A stretch of 64,000 bases of DNA. Origin: a virus. Lineage: Duplodnaviria; Caudoviricetes. Below, piece by piece: positions 33,455 to 44,600 of this stretch (positions within the stretch are counted from its first letter, which is position 1; each line of letters begins with the position of its first letter). The DNA is taken from positions 32,001 to 96,000 of IMG/VR virus record IMGVR_UViG_3300033463_000032, one strand, 5' to 3'. The notes beneath the pieces are model-generated. The model did no database searches. It was not told where the DNA came from and saw nothing but the letters and a program-made list of their open reading frames with translations. The position numbers and the translations under genes are program-made.

Positions 33455-35058
33455 GTAAGTTTGGTGGTGCTTATTGCTTAAATAGAATGGTTCAATTTAA
33501 AAAGGCAGTACAACAACTTCCTGTAGCATTACAAGGAAGTAAATGTGTTCCTTTTATTGAATTCATTGTAGGGGATCTTAAAATGTCTACTTATGATTCC
33601 TTAGACTATTTTATGCAATTAGATATAACATATTCTGGTGAAGGTACAGGAACTGCTAACAGTTTTACTGTTACGCTTGCATATCTTCCTAAACCAATGG
33701 ATAGAGTTAATTTTATAGATGAAGCATTATCTGGTGTTACTGCTGATAATAAACCTTGTATGCTTAGATATGGATATTCCGGAGTTCCAGGATATAATCT
33801 TTTATCTTCTGAATATGAATGTTTAGTTCTTGGATATTCATTACAGATTAGAGATAATTATCTGTACTATACGATTAATTGTATAAGTACTGGTGCCAGA
33901 TGGAGAGAAAAAAGATACAATTTTGGATTTGCCAAAGAAGTTAATCCTATTAATTATATTTCTTCGTCTTGGATCAGACTTGATCTGGGCATATCTAAAG
34001 AATATGATCTGACAATAGACCAAGATGCATATGATCACGTTGAAAAAGTAGATCTAGGATATGTTTATAATGAAGATGGTGAAATTGTAACAGGACAATG
34101 TTCATTGAATGATGTAACCATTTTTGAATTTTTAGATACAGTTCTTTCAGAAATAGTAGATACAGATGATGCTACTGCTTACTACTGGTATGAAGTTATA
34201 GATGTAAAAGGAAGAAAACAAGTTGCTATCCATAGAACATTGATATCAGAAACCAGTATTAAAGAAATGTTTGGTGATGAAAATCAGATCATATTTACGT
34301 TTGACTGGGGTGGTAATCATCAAGATTTTTCTACCAATAATCTTATTCTTGGTTTTGATGTGGACTTTAAAGGTGAAGTTAATATTGCTACTACAGAAGG
34401 TATATTGACCACCAGAAGTGTGTATGATAATACTGGTACTTTAGTAGAAGCAGAAGGTATGGAAGATTATCAAGTAGGTGATTTTGTAAAACAAGATTTT
34501 AGTAATACTACAAAGTTTTGGACAAAATCAGTAAACTGGTCCTATACTGCTCAATTGGAAATTGTAGGAATTCCTGCAGATATTCCGATAGGTGGTTATC
34601 TTGAAGTTAATCCTTTGATCTATGGTCAGAAACATCATACTGCTGGAGTATATATGATTACCGGATCAAAGAGTAACATTACCAGTGGTGGTTTTGTTAC
34701 TAATCTTGAACTTGTAAAAGTGGTTATTCCTAAAGGTGGTTCTTGGTATTCTCAATTACCAAGAAGATTACTTGAATATAGAATGTCACCACAGAATGAG
34801 GATTATGCTGATCTTATTGTGGCATTGTCTAATGGCACTACTGATAGAGATGCTATAGTGAATTCCGGATTAACCTTTAGTGGTAAAGATTATGTTTATG
34901 TACCAGGAATGACTAATGAAAAGTACGAACAATTAATGAACCAGTCTAAACAGTCTGCTTCTACTACTCCTAGTGGTATTAATACAAATAAGAAGGTAGA
35001 AGAAAAAACAGATTCTGGAATTTATGTTAATAGAACAGATTTGACACCAATTAGGTAA
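33451..35058 (+). CDS. baseplate hub protein (gp27/gpD-like)
   Basis: LRYGY; AQLEIVG.P...G.Y.IT...I..GGF.T.LEL. Confidence 0.7.
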   Translation: MSKFGGAYCLNRMVQFKKAVQQLPVALQGSKCVPFIEFIVGDLKMSTYDSLDYFMQLDITYSGEGTGTANSFTVTLAYLPKPMDRVNFIDEALSGVTADNKPCMLRYGYSGVPGYNLLSSEYECLVLGYSLQIRDNYLYYTINCISTGARWREKRYNFGFAKEVNPINYISSSWIRLDLGISKEYDLTIDQDAYDHVEKVDLGYVYNEDGEIVTGQCSLNDVTIFEFLDTVLSEIVDTDDATAYYWYEVIDVKGRKQVAIHRTLISETSIKEMFGDENQIIFTFDWGGNHQDFSTNNLILGFDVDFKGEVNIATTEGILTTRSVYDNTGTLVEAEGMEDYQVGDFVKQDFSNTTKFWTKSVNWSYTAQLEIVGIPADIPIGGYLEVNPLIYGQKHHTAGVYMITGSKSNITSGGFVTNLELVKVVIPKGGSWYSQLPRRLLEYRMSPQNEDYADLIVALSNGTTDRDAIVNSGLTFSGKDYVYVPGMTNEKYEQLMNQSKQSASTTPSGINTNKKVEEKTDSGIYVNRTDLTPIR

Positions 35059-35075
35059 TTGAAAAGGATAAAACA

Positions 35076-36977
35076 ATGGCTACTAATGATTCATCTTATA
35101 AGGGTTTTAATTCACCACTCAAAGTAAGAGTAACTAGAATTGATGATCCTAGACAAATGAATAGAGTGCAAGTATACATACCTTCTTATCATGGAACGTT
35201 TGAAGAAGATATGGTTGGTTATGGGGATGATCTCGGTAATTATCCTTGGGCATCTATGTGTTCAATTTTGTTTAAAGATGGTAATAACTTTACCAGTGGT
35301 TCATTAGAAGAATTGTATTCCGGTGATCTTCCAATGATATTTCCATCTGTAGGTACTATAGGTTGGGTTTTATTTGAAGGTGGAGATGTAAGAGCTCCTA
35401 TTTACATGGGTTCACTTGGGAAAGGTGAAGTTAATGAAACAGTAGAAGGTTCTTATACTGGTAGTGACAATAATAATCAGATCATTGCTAATGGTTCATC
35501 TGAATTGTCTGTAATGGCAAATATCATCTTTGAACAAGAAGGTGGTGGCAAGAATTATGCTAACATCAATCCTCTTGATGTAGATGCTATTTCTATTGGA
35601 GTTCTTCAATGGCATGCAGATAATGGTAGAGAATTAATGAGAAGGATTAAAGAAAGAAATTCTTCAAATTATATTTCAATCTACAATGCTAACTCAGCTA
35701 CATTTACTATTGATAAATCTTGGAAAGACTTCTATGTAACTAAAGGTGATAACAACTATAATGCAATTAAAGAAATTATTAATTCTACCGAAGGTCATCA
35801 ATGTCAAGATGAATATGTAAACGAATATTTGTCTAATTATGTAGAACAAGGTAAGAGTGTAGGTGTTACTGATTATAAAGCACAAATCTATTTTTGTGAT
35901 ATGTATAACCAGTCACCTGCAGGTGCTATGAAGATTGCTAAATTGTGTTCTAATAAGTCTATAGACGGATTACACCAGGAAACTCTTAATGGTGGGCATT
36001 GGTTAGGTGGAAATCAATATCATAACAGAGATAGAAGAATTAGAGTATATAACAAAGTAAAAACTATGGATATGCAAGCAGAATTAAATTCTGCTACTTC
36101 TTCTACTTTGTCCGGTAGTCTGTCATTAGAAACTACGTTTGCTTTTCCTACAGAAGTAAAAGACATAAAAGTTCCTTATGTAAAAAATATTCATCCATAT
36201 ATCACCATTCAAGAAGATGGTATTGAAGGTAAAGAAGTAAGAGCAGCACATAAAGGAACTGCCAAAGCTTATAAGGATTCTAATAAGAATGGTAAATGGG
36301 TATCTATTAAATCCGGTAAGTATGAAACCAGATATATGCATTTAAGTAACTTTAGTTCTAAACTTCCTACATTGCAAACAGATGTTGAAGTAGAAGTTGG
36401 TGATGTAATCGGATATATTGGCCATACCGGAAATGTATCTAAAGCTTGTTTAGATTTTACTCTTTTGGTTAATGGTAACGCAAAAGATCCAGTACCATAT
36501 CTTAATGGGGTTTCTAACAATCTTACTGCTACTGGTCAAGGTATTATTGATACTGCCGTAAACTGGATGATTAATATTGCTAATGATCCTCAATATGGTT
36601 ATTCACAAGATGCTAATATGAGGTGGGGAAACGGAGCATATGACTGTAGTTCTTTGGTGATCAGCGGGTATTCTGCTGCCGGATTAGGGGTAAAAGAGGC
36701 TGGTGCTACATATACTGGAAATATGCGTTCTGCATTTGTTCAATGTGGATTTACTGCTATACCATTTTCTGCTAGTATGGAATTGCTTAGAGGTGATGTA
36801 TTACTTAATGAGATATACCATACTGCTTGCTATATAGGTAACAATCAGATTGTTCATGCATCAAGCTCCAGAGGACACCCGGAAAAGGGAGATCAAACTG
36901 GAGATGAAGTCTATGTAAGAGATATGTATATCTATAGTGAGGGTTGGGATTATGTGCTTAGATATACAGGATCATAA
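35076..36977 (+). CDS. gp5-like baseplate spike/lysin: OB fold, lysozyme-like domain, degenerate M23, NlpC/P60
   Basis: DDP...RVQV.IP, P.VG...WV.FEGGD...P.Y.G; ISIGVLQW; YDCSSLV...GDVLL...HT. Confidence 0.8.
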   Translation: MATNDSSYKGFNSPLKVRVTRIDDPRQMNRVQVYIPSYHGTFEEDMVGYGDDLGNYPWASMCSILFKDGNNFTSGSLEELYSGDLPMIFPSVGTIGWVLFEGGDVRAPIYMGSLGKGEVNETVEGSYTGSDNNNQIIANGSSELSVMANIIFEQEGGGKNYANINPLDVDAISIGVLQWHADNGRELMRRIKERNSSNYISIYNANSATFTIDKSWKDFYVTKGDNNYNAIKEIINSTEGHQCQDEYVNEYLSNYVEQGKSVGVTDYKAQIYFCDMYNQSPAGAMKIAKLCSNKSIDGLHQETLNGGHWLGGNQYHNRDRRIRVYNKVKTMDMQAELNSATSSTLSGSLSLETTFAFPTEVKDIKVPYVKNIHPYITIQEDGIEGKEVRAAHKGTAKAYKDSNKNGKWVSIKSGKYETRYMHLSNFSSKLPTLQTDVEVEVGDVIGYIGHTGNVSKACLDFTLLVNGNAKDPVPYLNGVSNNLTATGQGIIDTAVNWMINIANDPQYGYSQDANMRWGNGAYDCSSLVISGYSAAGLGVKEAGATYTGNMRSAFVQCGFTAIPFSASMELLRGDVLLNEIYHTACYIGNNQIVHASSSRGHPEKGDQTGDEVYVRDMYIYSEGWDYVLRYTGS

Positions 36978-36988
36978 GAGGTGATTAA

Positions 36989-37366
36989 ATGGAAAGAACT
37001 ATATCATTTCCTAAAATATTTAATGCTACGACTGGTAAAGTAAATCTTGAAAGTGGTGTAGCATCTATAAATGATTGTTTATATCTTCTTTTGAATTCTA
37101 TGAATACAGAAATGTTGGGAGATCCTATGTATGGTTCAGGACTTCTGGAACTGACATTTACTTATCAAGGAACTTTATTGGAAGAACTGATAAGATCTAA
37201 GATATGTAATGCAGTTAGATTGTATGAAAGAAGAATTGAAATATCAGAAGATGATATTCAATTAATTTATGATGAAGATACTGTTATAATACAAATGAGT
37301 TATTATGTAAAAGCAGAAGGAACTACAAGTACATTTTCACTTGCTATGCAAAGAACGGAGAGATAA
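36989..37366 (+). CDS. baseplate wedge protein (gp25-like)
   Basis: E.LGDP.YGS.L...F...I..A...YE.RI. Confidence 0.85.
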   Translation: MERTISFPKIFNATTGKVNLESGVASINDCLYLLLNSMNTEMLGDPMYGSGLLELTFTYQGTLLEELIRSKICNAVRLYERRIEISEDDIQLIYDEDTVIIQMSYYVKAEGTTSTFSLAMQRTER

Positions 37367-37369
37367 AAG

Positions 37370-39196
37370 ATGGCTATAGATGTTTCTAAATTACAAGTAG
37401 ATTCCAGAGATTATTTATCTATCTTTGGTGATCTTATTAAGGCTGTACCAAATGTATCACAAACTTGGAATACAACAGATGAAAATGATCCGGGTGTAGC
37501 AATTATAAAAGAAATGGCTATGTACGGTGATATGCTTTCTTATAATCATGATAAAGCAGTTCTTGAAGTATATCCGGCATCTGTTACACAAAGAAAAAAT
37601 GCAGTTCAAGTGTTTGGACTCTTAGGATATAAACTTCATTGGTATCAATCAGCTAGATGTAAGATTACATTAACTAATAAGACACCGGAAAATATTATCA
37701 TTCCTACATTTTCCACATTTATTTCAGATCAGGATAACATTACTTATACTTATATAGGAAAACAAGTAACATTAACCCAGAATACTGCCGTTACTATTGA
37801 GGCTATTCAAGGTATTCCAAGAACGCCTACTATTAATACTGCTTCCTTGATTCCTAGTGGTAATTATACTTGGAGTTCTGTTTACAATTTTAATATTGTT
37901 AAAGAAGATATTATCGGAGATAAGATCTACATTGGTGATAAGACTGTAGATGAAACTTCCATTATTCTTATTGACAATAAGTTTAGAACCTGGACACAAG
38001 TTGCTAATATAGATGCACTTACATATACCGGAACTTACTTTGAGCTTAAGATAGATGATAATGATAATCCATATATTCAGTTACCATCTTACTGGGAGAA
38101 CTTCGAAGTAAATCAATTCCAGTTATTCTATTTAGTTTCTGCAGGTATTGATGGTCAAATACAAGCAGATAGATTAACTAGGTTCTATGCTGACAGTAAA
38201 GAATATGTGGCTAATGGTTCTGATGTTGATGTGTCAAATTCTACCAGTACTTATGGATATAATGCAGAAACACCAGCAGAAGCTAGAGATAATGTTGTAA
38301 ACTACATCAATACTTATGATACATTGATTACTACTTCTGATTTTGAAAAGGCAACTAAGAGAGTTCCTGGAGTTGCTAATTGTATAGTAACTGATATGAC
38401 AAATGATCCAGATCCTAGTGACTTTGATGGAAATGGTAATCCATTTGATTTGGCATGTATTAAAATTTATACAACAAAATCAGATGCATATGCAGATGTA
38501 TCAGATGATGTTTTGGCAACCAATATCATAACATCTTTGAAAAATCATAAGTTAATGTTGTTAAAGATGAATGTAGATTTTGATAACATTACTTATTACA
38601 ACTGGACTGTAAGAGGAACTATTTATCTTAAGGAAAAAGTAGATCTTAATACTGCTCAAAATATCAAAACAGATATTGATACGGCCATTAAACAGATGTA
38701 TTCAAAAGATAATATAGCTTACAATTCAATAATAGGATATGGTGGACTTCTTCAAGTTATTCATTCTGTATCTGATCTTATTTATAATATAGATATAGAT
38801 GGTATAGAATATTTCTTTGTTAATCCGGATGATACCATAACACATGATATTGATAAGACTACTATAACCGGTAGGTACAATGTTGCTGCTACATCAGTAG
38901 GTACAACATATACCAATACGTTGAATACACCTATTAAACCGGGTAGTATTACAATGTCTTATAATCAAGGAACTAATATTATTTATGATGATAAGAATGG
39001 TGGTTTAAGATGTGAAAGTGCCACATTCCATTCTGGTACTGTAGATTATTCTACTGGTGCAATAACAGTTACTTTTGTAACAGCACCTAATGATGGTCTT
39101 TTAAACATTACTTATCAGAAGAATGTAATGAATATGGTTCTTCCGGATATTGGTACTGATGATCTTAAGATAGCAGAAGAAAACATTTACACATAA
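37370..39196 (+). CDS. baseplate wedge protein (gp6 / baseplate J-like)
   Basis: SRDY, D..DPG, LGYK, G..AET, T..DF. Confidence 0.85.
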   Translation: MAIDVSKLQVDSRDYLSIFGDLIKAVPNVSQTWNTTDENDPGVAIIKEMAMYGDMLSYNHDKAVLEVYPASVTQRKNAVQVFGLLGYKLHWYQSARCKITLTNKTPENIIIPTFSTFISDQDNITYTYIGKQVTLTQNTAVTIEAIQGIPRTPTINTASLIPSGNYTWSSVYNFNIVKEDIIGDKIYIGDKTVDETSIILIDNKFRTWTQVANIDALTYTGTYFELKIDDNDNPYIQLPSYWENFEVNQFQLFYLVSAGIDGQIQADRLTRFYADSKEYVANGSDVDVSNSTSTYGYNAETPAEARDNVVNYINTYDTLITTSDFEKATKRVPGVANCIVTDMTNDPDPSDFDGNGNPFDLACIKIYTTKSDAYADVSDDVLATNIITSLKNHKLMLLKMNVDFDNITYYNWTVRGTIYLKEKVDLNTAQNIKTDIDTAIKQMYSKDNIAYNSIIGYGGLLQVIHSVSDLIYNIDIDGIEYFFVNPDDTITHDIDKTTITGRYNVAATSVGTTYTNTLNTPIKPGSITMSYNQGTNIIYDDKNGGLRCESATFHSGTVDYSTGAITVTFVTAPNDGLLNITYQKNVMNMVLPDIGTDDLKIAEENIYT

Positions 39197-39208
39197 GGAA
39201 GTGATCAG

Positions 39209-39982
39209 ATGCTTATACATACTAAAAACAATATGCCTAAGATCTTTGCTACTTCCAGAGATTATCAGGCTATACAGAGATTGTTAGATATAATCACTAA
39301 TGTTGAAAAGAGTGATGTTGATAATATTGTATCTTTGGTTAATGCTGATAAGTGTCCTAGTAAATACCTTCCATTATTGGCTTCATATGTGGGATATGAT
39401 TATGATTATTCCTTATCATATGAAGCTAATAGACTGATTATTAAATATTATCCATTAATGATTAGATTAAGGGGTAGTGAAGAAGGTATCATATTAGCAT
39501 GTGCTGTAGCATTAAATAGTACCAATTTACTTAGATCCAGTACTGGCTTTATTAATTACATTAATGTAATCTTTGATGATGTTAATTCCATACTTAAGAT
39601 CTTTATTAATACTGACATACCACCTAAATTATATGAATTGGTTGAAGTGGTTAGACCAGTGGGATTAAGGATGCAAATTGTACCATCACAGTCAGTTAAA
39701 CCAATAGATAATATAATTATTAAAGATATTGTTAGTGTTGCTAAGTTTGATGTTCATACATCAAGTAGATATCATGTTATGCCAGATGCTGATAGTTTCT
39801 TTGTTCTTACTACAGAACCGGATGGATGGTCTTTGTTCTATACTTACTATTATGAACTTGTTGATGGTGAGTATGTGAGATTACAAGAGCAAGAAACACC
39901 ACCAGTATTTGTTGCTAACACATATTATTATAGAGATGTAAATGAAGTTGGATTTGGTGAAGTTAATCAACCTAATTCTTAA
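39209..39982 (+). CDS. baseplate protein (gp7 / P2 gpI-like)
   Basis: CP.KYLPLLA..VG, RGS..GI, RPVG. Confidence 0.7.
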   Translation: MLIHTKNNMPKIFATSRDYQAIQRLLDIITNVEKSDVDNIVSLVNADKCPSKYLPLLASYVGYDYDYSLSYEANRLIIKYYPLMIRLRGSEEGIILACAVALNSTNLLRSSTGFINYINVIFDDVNSILKIFINTDIPPKLYELVEVVRPVGLRMQIVPSQSVKPIDNIIIKDIVSVAKFDVHTSSRYHVMPDADSFFVLTTEPDGWSLFYTYYYELVDGEYVRLQEQETPPVFVANTYYYRDVNEVGFGEVNQPNS

Positions 39983-39996
39983 AGAAAGGATTTTTT

Positions 39997-40638
39997 ATGA
40001 ATGGTATAGATATTGTTGTAGGTTCTACTACATATATAAGAGTAGTAAATAGTAAGACTGGTGACTATAAAGAAATACAAGGACATAACTTAGCAACTAA
40101 GCAGATGTTACTTGGCCTTTATAATTTCCTTAGAAGAAACTTTTTACTTCCTGAAAATCCTACAAATGCACAAGCAAATGATGTGACTGAATCTATGAGG
40201 TCATATTGTCCATTTTACTTAAGAGTAGGTGCTGGTACAACTAATCCTAGTTTTACAGATGATCATTTGGAATACCCATTGTATATAGATGGTAGTGTAA
40301 ACGATTCACCTTCACCATATACACAAGGTACAGAAGTTTATTATAAACAGTATGATGCTGCTGAATATGGTGAAGAAGTAAGTGAAAGTGTTACTTTAAG
40401 ATTGAAGTTTTATATACCATCAAATGTACTTTCTGGGACTTCAAGTATTTCTACTGAAATAACGGAGTGGGCATTGTATTCACAAGGATCTGGTGATCAT
40501 CCGGAAGATGGATATTTGTTAAGTAGATTTGTTCCTAAAGATGAACACAATAATCCAATAGTTACAGAAAAGGGACCATATGATTTTATTGATGTGTTGT
40601 GGGAAATCACATTACATTCATATGTTCAATCCACATAA
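39997..40638 (+). CDS. baseplate/tail fibre attachment protein
   Basis: HNL.T, VGAGT, ITEWAL, V.WEI motifs; synteny. Confidence 0.6.
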   Translation: MNGIDIVVGSTTYIRVVNSKTGDYKEIQGHNLATKQMLLGLYNFLRRNFLLPENPTNAQANDVTESMRSYCPFYLRVGAGTTNPSFTDDHLEYPLYIDGSVNDSPSPYTQGTEVYYKQYDAAEYGEEVSESVTLRLKFYIPSNVLSGTSSISTEITEWALYSQGSGDHPEDGYLLSRFVPKDEHNNPIVTEKGPYDFIDVLWEITLHSYVQST

Positions 40639-40654
40639 ATGGGGGAAATAAGAT

Positions 40655-41644
40655 ATGTCATATAATGCTAACATTAAAAATGCAAATGCTTATGCATTTC
40701 CTAGTTCAAATTCTAATAAGAATGGTAAGCCTACATCAGAAACCAATCTTAGGGATATTCTTACAAGAATTCGTGTTCAGAACTTTGTAGTAGATGAAAG
40801 TACCGGACTCACCTTATCTTCTAATACATTAACAATACCTGCAGATTATAAAGTTAATATTAATGGTACTTTGATTACTTTTAATTCTACACAAACAATC
40901 TCTAGTGTACCTACTGATGCTAATGTATATATCTATTTGAATTATGATAATTCTACACCACCATTGATATATGGTCCTGATGCACCAGATACAACGGTTT
41001 TGAAAGGTGTATATGTAGATTATACAGATCCTAGTACAGATGATGAAAAGAAGATTTCTTTACAGATTGCTAAAGTAGTTAGTGGCAGTCTTGATACTAC
41101 TTTTGTAGCAAATGCACTTCCATTAACCACAAATGAAATAGCTTATGTTGATGATAATGGTGATGTAACAGTTCAATCATTATCTGATTTCTTAAATACT
41201 ACATTAACAGATCTGTATCTTTCTAAAACAGTTGATGATACTAAGGAAGGTAATGTAGTATTCCAAGGTACTGGCAGTACAAAAGAAATACTTATTGATA
41301 ATGAAAAGATAGTCTTAAGTGATAATTCAGATCCTATTCTTTCAATTGAAGAAGATACTATCAGTAATTCTACTGGTGATATTGTTTTTGATGAAACTAA
41401 CAATGAACTTATTATCAATGGTAATACAAAAGTTATTCTTAAGAGTGGTACAACAAACATAGTTATCGATAACAGTAAGATCACTATAGGAAATACTACG
41501 TTTACTGTTTCTGGAAATGATATAAAGATTAAACCAGCATCTACTGGAAAAGTAATTATAGAATCAGATGTATCTGTTACCGGAAATCTTGATGTAACTG
41601 GTGATGTTACTGGTGATAGAGTATTTAATGCAGTATATAATTAA
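40655..41644 (+). CDS. short tail fibre / spike-like protein
   Basis: Beta-repeat C-terminus ending VTGNLDVTGDVTGDRVFNAVYN. Confidence 0.6.
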   Translation: MSYNANIKNANAYAFPSSNSNKNGKPTSETNLRDILTRIRVQNFVVDESTGLTLSSNTLTIPADYKVNINGTLITFNSTQTISSVPTDANVYIYLNYDNSTPPLIYGPDAPDTTVLKGVYVDYTDPSTDDEKKISLQIAKVVSGSLDTTFVANALPLTTNEIAYVDDNGDVTVQSLSDFLNTTLTDLYLSKTVDDTKEGNVVFQGTGSTKEILIDNEKIVLSDNSDPILSIEEDTISNSTGDIVFDETNNELIINGNTKVILKSGTTNIVIDNSKITIGNTTFTVSGNDIKIKPASTGKVIIESDVSVTGNLDVTGDVTGDRVFNAVYN

Positions 41645-41665
41645 TAAAGAATTTGAGGTGAACAT

Positions 41666-44600
41666 ATGAATAGAGCAACACCAGAAGAATTATTTAATGC
41701 TTCACCAAATCAAACAGGTAATAACTGGGAAGCCTCTAATATTGGTAATATGGGTTTCCAGTTTGAAGATAAAGCAAATAATATAAATCCATTTTGGAGA
41801 ATTATTGAAGATGGTGGATTTAAGATTTGGTATGATGCTTGGTATTCAACTTTAGACAATATTGGTTTTCATAAGCCTTTTCTTATGACTGCCGTATATC
41901 CAGCACAAACAGTACAACAAGCATTAAGTAGTTATATTCAATGTAATGCTAGTGGTGGTATGTGGCTTTCTGGTCCTGCTGATTTAAATAAAGATGTACC
42001 TGCCGGTTGGTCTATTGATGGAAATGCTAAATCTACTAGTAGAAGATCCTGGACACAAACATGGAGCAGAAATTATAGTTTTGCTCCATTTATAAAAGTA
42101 TTGGAGTCAGGAAACAATCAACCCTTTTCCGCTAATTCTAAGTGGGAAAAGATTGTTTTTTACATTGAAAGACAGGTAACAGATTCATCAAGTAATGTTG
42201 GATATGAATGGCTTAGAACAAGAGGAAATATTAAGCCACAAAACCAGGTAATGTATGTTGATGGGTTTATAGGAAATTCAAGTACGGTAAATACAGTTAA
42301 AAACAATAAGCCGGGATCTTTAAAGACTGGTACTGGTTTCTGTGTTGATTTTGACTGGAATGGTACTGGTCATCCTACACATATCAAACTTGAATTTATA
42401 GCAAGTGGTCAACCTAGTGTTCCAGTTAGGTATCATAGTATTGCTACAAGGACTTATAGCAAAAATTCAATCAGAGTGGATTTTATGAGGGAGTTCTTTG
42501 ACAGTACTTTTGTAAGTACCTATTTAAAACCAGATGCTCAATATTCATTAAAGATCACTCCGGTATATAGAATTCAAGATAACTTCGGTACTTGGCATGA
42601 TTTTACATATTCTAATGTGTCTAAGACCATATCTAATTTTGTATCTTATGATCCACAACCTTCTGAAAATGGTTTGCAATGTACCTTAAAATTAAACGGA
42701 AATCCTATAAATGATTCCACATTTGGCATTGTAAGAGATTATGATCTTACCAGTAAATCTATAACCATTTCTTATAATAACAACACTACTAATGGTACAG
42801 CAGACAGATTTATTGCCAGATTGTATGGTGGGGGACCTACTGTATTCTTCCCAGAAGAAAATTCAGTACATACTATGGGTAGTACTCTTACACTTCCTAT
42901 GAGTACTATTTCAGTTCCAGGTGCATCAGCTTTTTATACTTTGGAAATAGAATTCTGGAATTCTAAATATCCTGATCATACAACTACTACCAGAATTTCC
43001 AATTTTATATCAAGCAGAGTACAACCTATGTTTGCACCTAACAATGTATATTGGAGTAGTGATGCCGGAAATACATGGTCTACTGCTAATGAAATTGTTG
43101 GTGTGTATAGATCTGATAAGATTAAGTTAAAGTGGGATTTTAATAAAACTACTAATGGTACTTACGGTCTTTCTAATATGATGCAGATTAAATTGGAAGA
43201 TATAGATGATTCTTCTAATTATATTTACATTTGGAGAGGTGCTGCTAATTATTCTAAAAAAGGTACAGATCCTACTAAGCCACATAACATTTCATTAAGA
43301 CAACCACCTACAGAATGTGAATTTACATTAAATGATGTTGGTGCTGATCTTATTGGTAAAAACTTAAAGATAACACTTACACCTTACTTCTGTTACAAAT
43401 ATACTATGAACCCTGTTACTACATATGTTTACAGTACAGAAGAAAAGATAATAAGTGATTATGTAAAGTTTGATATGGGATTATCAGATCTTGTAATGAT
43501 AGCACCTTCATCAGAAGATGCTATGTGGTTCTGGAGTGAAGATTCTGATACAGAAAAGTCTTTGTTTAGAATAGCATTTGTTCTGCCGGAAGATCTTAAT
43601 ACTAACTATGGTATAGATAAAGATACTTATGAGTATTCTTCTTTGAAAATAACTTATATTGGTAAGGATATGGAAGAAGTAGAAAGAACATATTCCATAG
43701 GAGATAATTCTACAGAGTATGTTTCTACTTATATTTGTGTTTCTGGTGATGGTACGTTATCTCATAAAAACTCAGTCATCATAGATCTTACAGATATTCT
43801 TAATAGTGATTATGATCCGTTAGAACCAATAGAAGATACTTTGGAAGATAATACTACAGACTGCTATTATATTGTTAATGTTTTGGTTACATCTAAGTTT
43901 GGTAGTGAAAAGTTAAACACTTATGTTATCCATCTTAAAGACTTGCCATTACAATTAGCAGATGCTGAAAATGGTATTCCTAGTGGAACTATAATTACTC
44001 CGGGAAATATGAGTAAATTCTTAGAAACTAGAGATATTGTGGCCACATATACAGATAAATCTGTTTCTAAGAAACCAGTACAAGGTGAACCTATTAAGTA
44101 TGTAGATCTTTCTTATATGGTTGATCCTATTAATGCTTTATATAATAAAACCAAGAACTGGAATAATGTAAAGAAGTATGTTATGCCTAGAGCAATAGGT
44201 TCAGATGGTACACCGGGAATTGATGCACCTTATTATAATGGTACATCAAAAGAATTTACGGATCATATATATGCTATCAGTAATAATTCTACTTCTTTAG
44301 CACAACTGGTTTCTGTACCTGCAGATTATACTGAAAAGTTTAATAAGTATTTTCAACAACCTTTAGGGAAATACAATTATACATTTAGAAGTACAAATGG
44401 TAATGTTCCAGTTGTAGGAGATTCCGGTTTACCATTATATTCAGGAAGTGAATTTAATGTGTCCTGGTCTTACTTCTTGTTGTACTGGTGCTTGCATACT
44501 AAGGAAGTTCTTGCTGATTACTACCTTATGCAAAGTACTCTTATCTATACTAATAGTGATTCTCAAGCTTATGGTGGATGGATTACTATTCCTGATCTGG

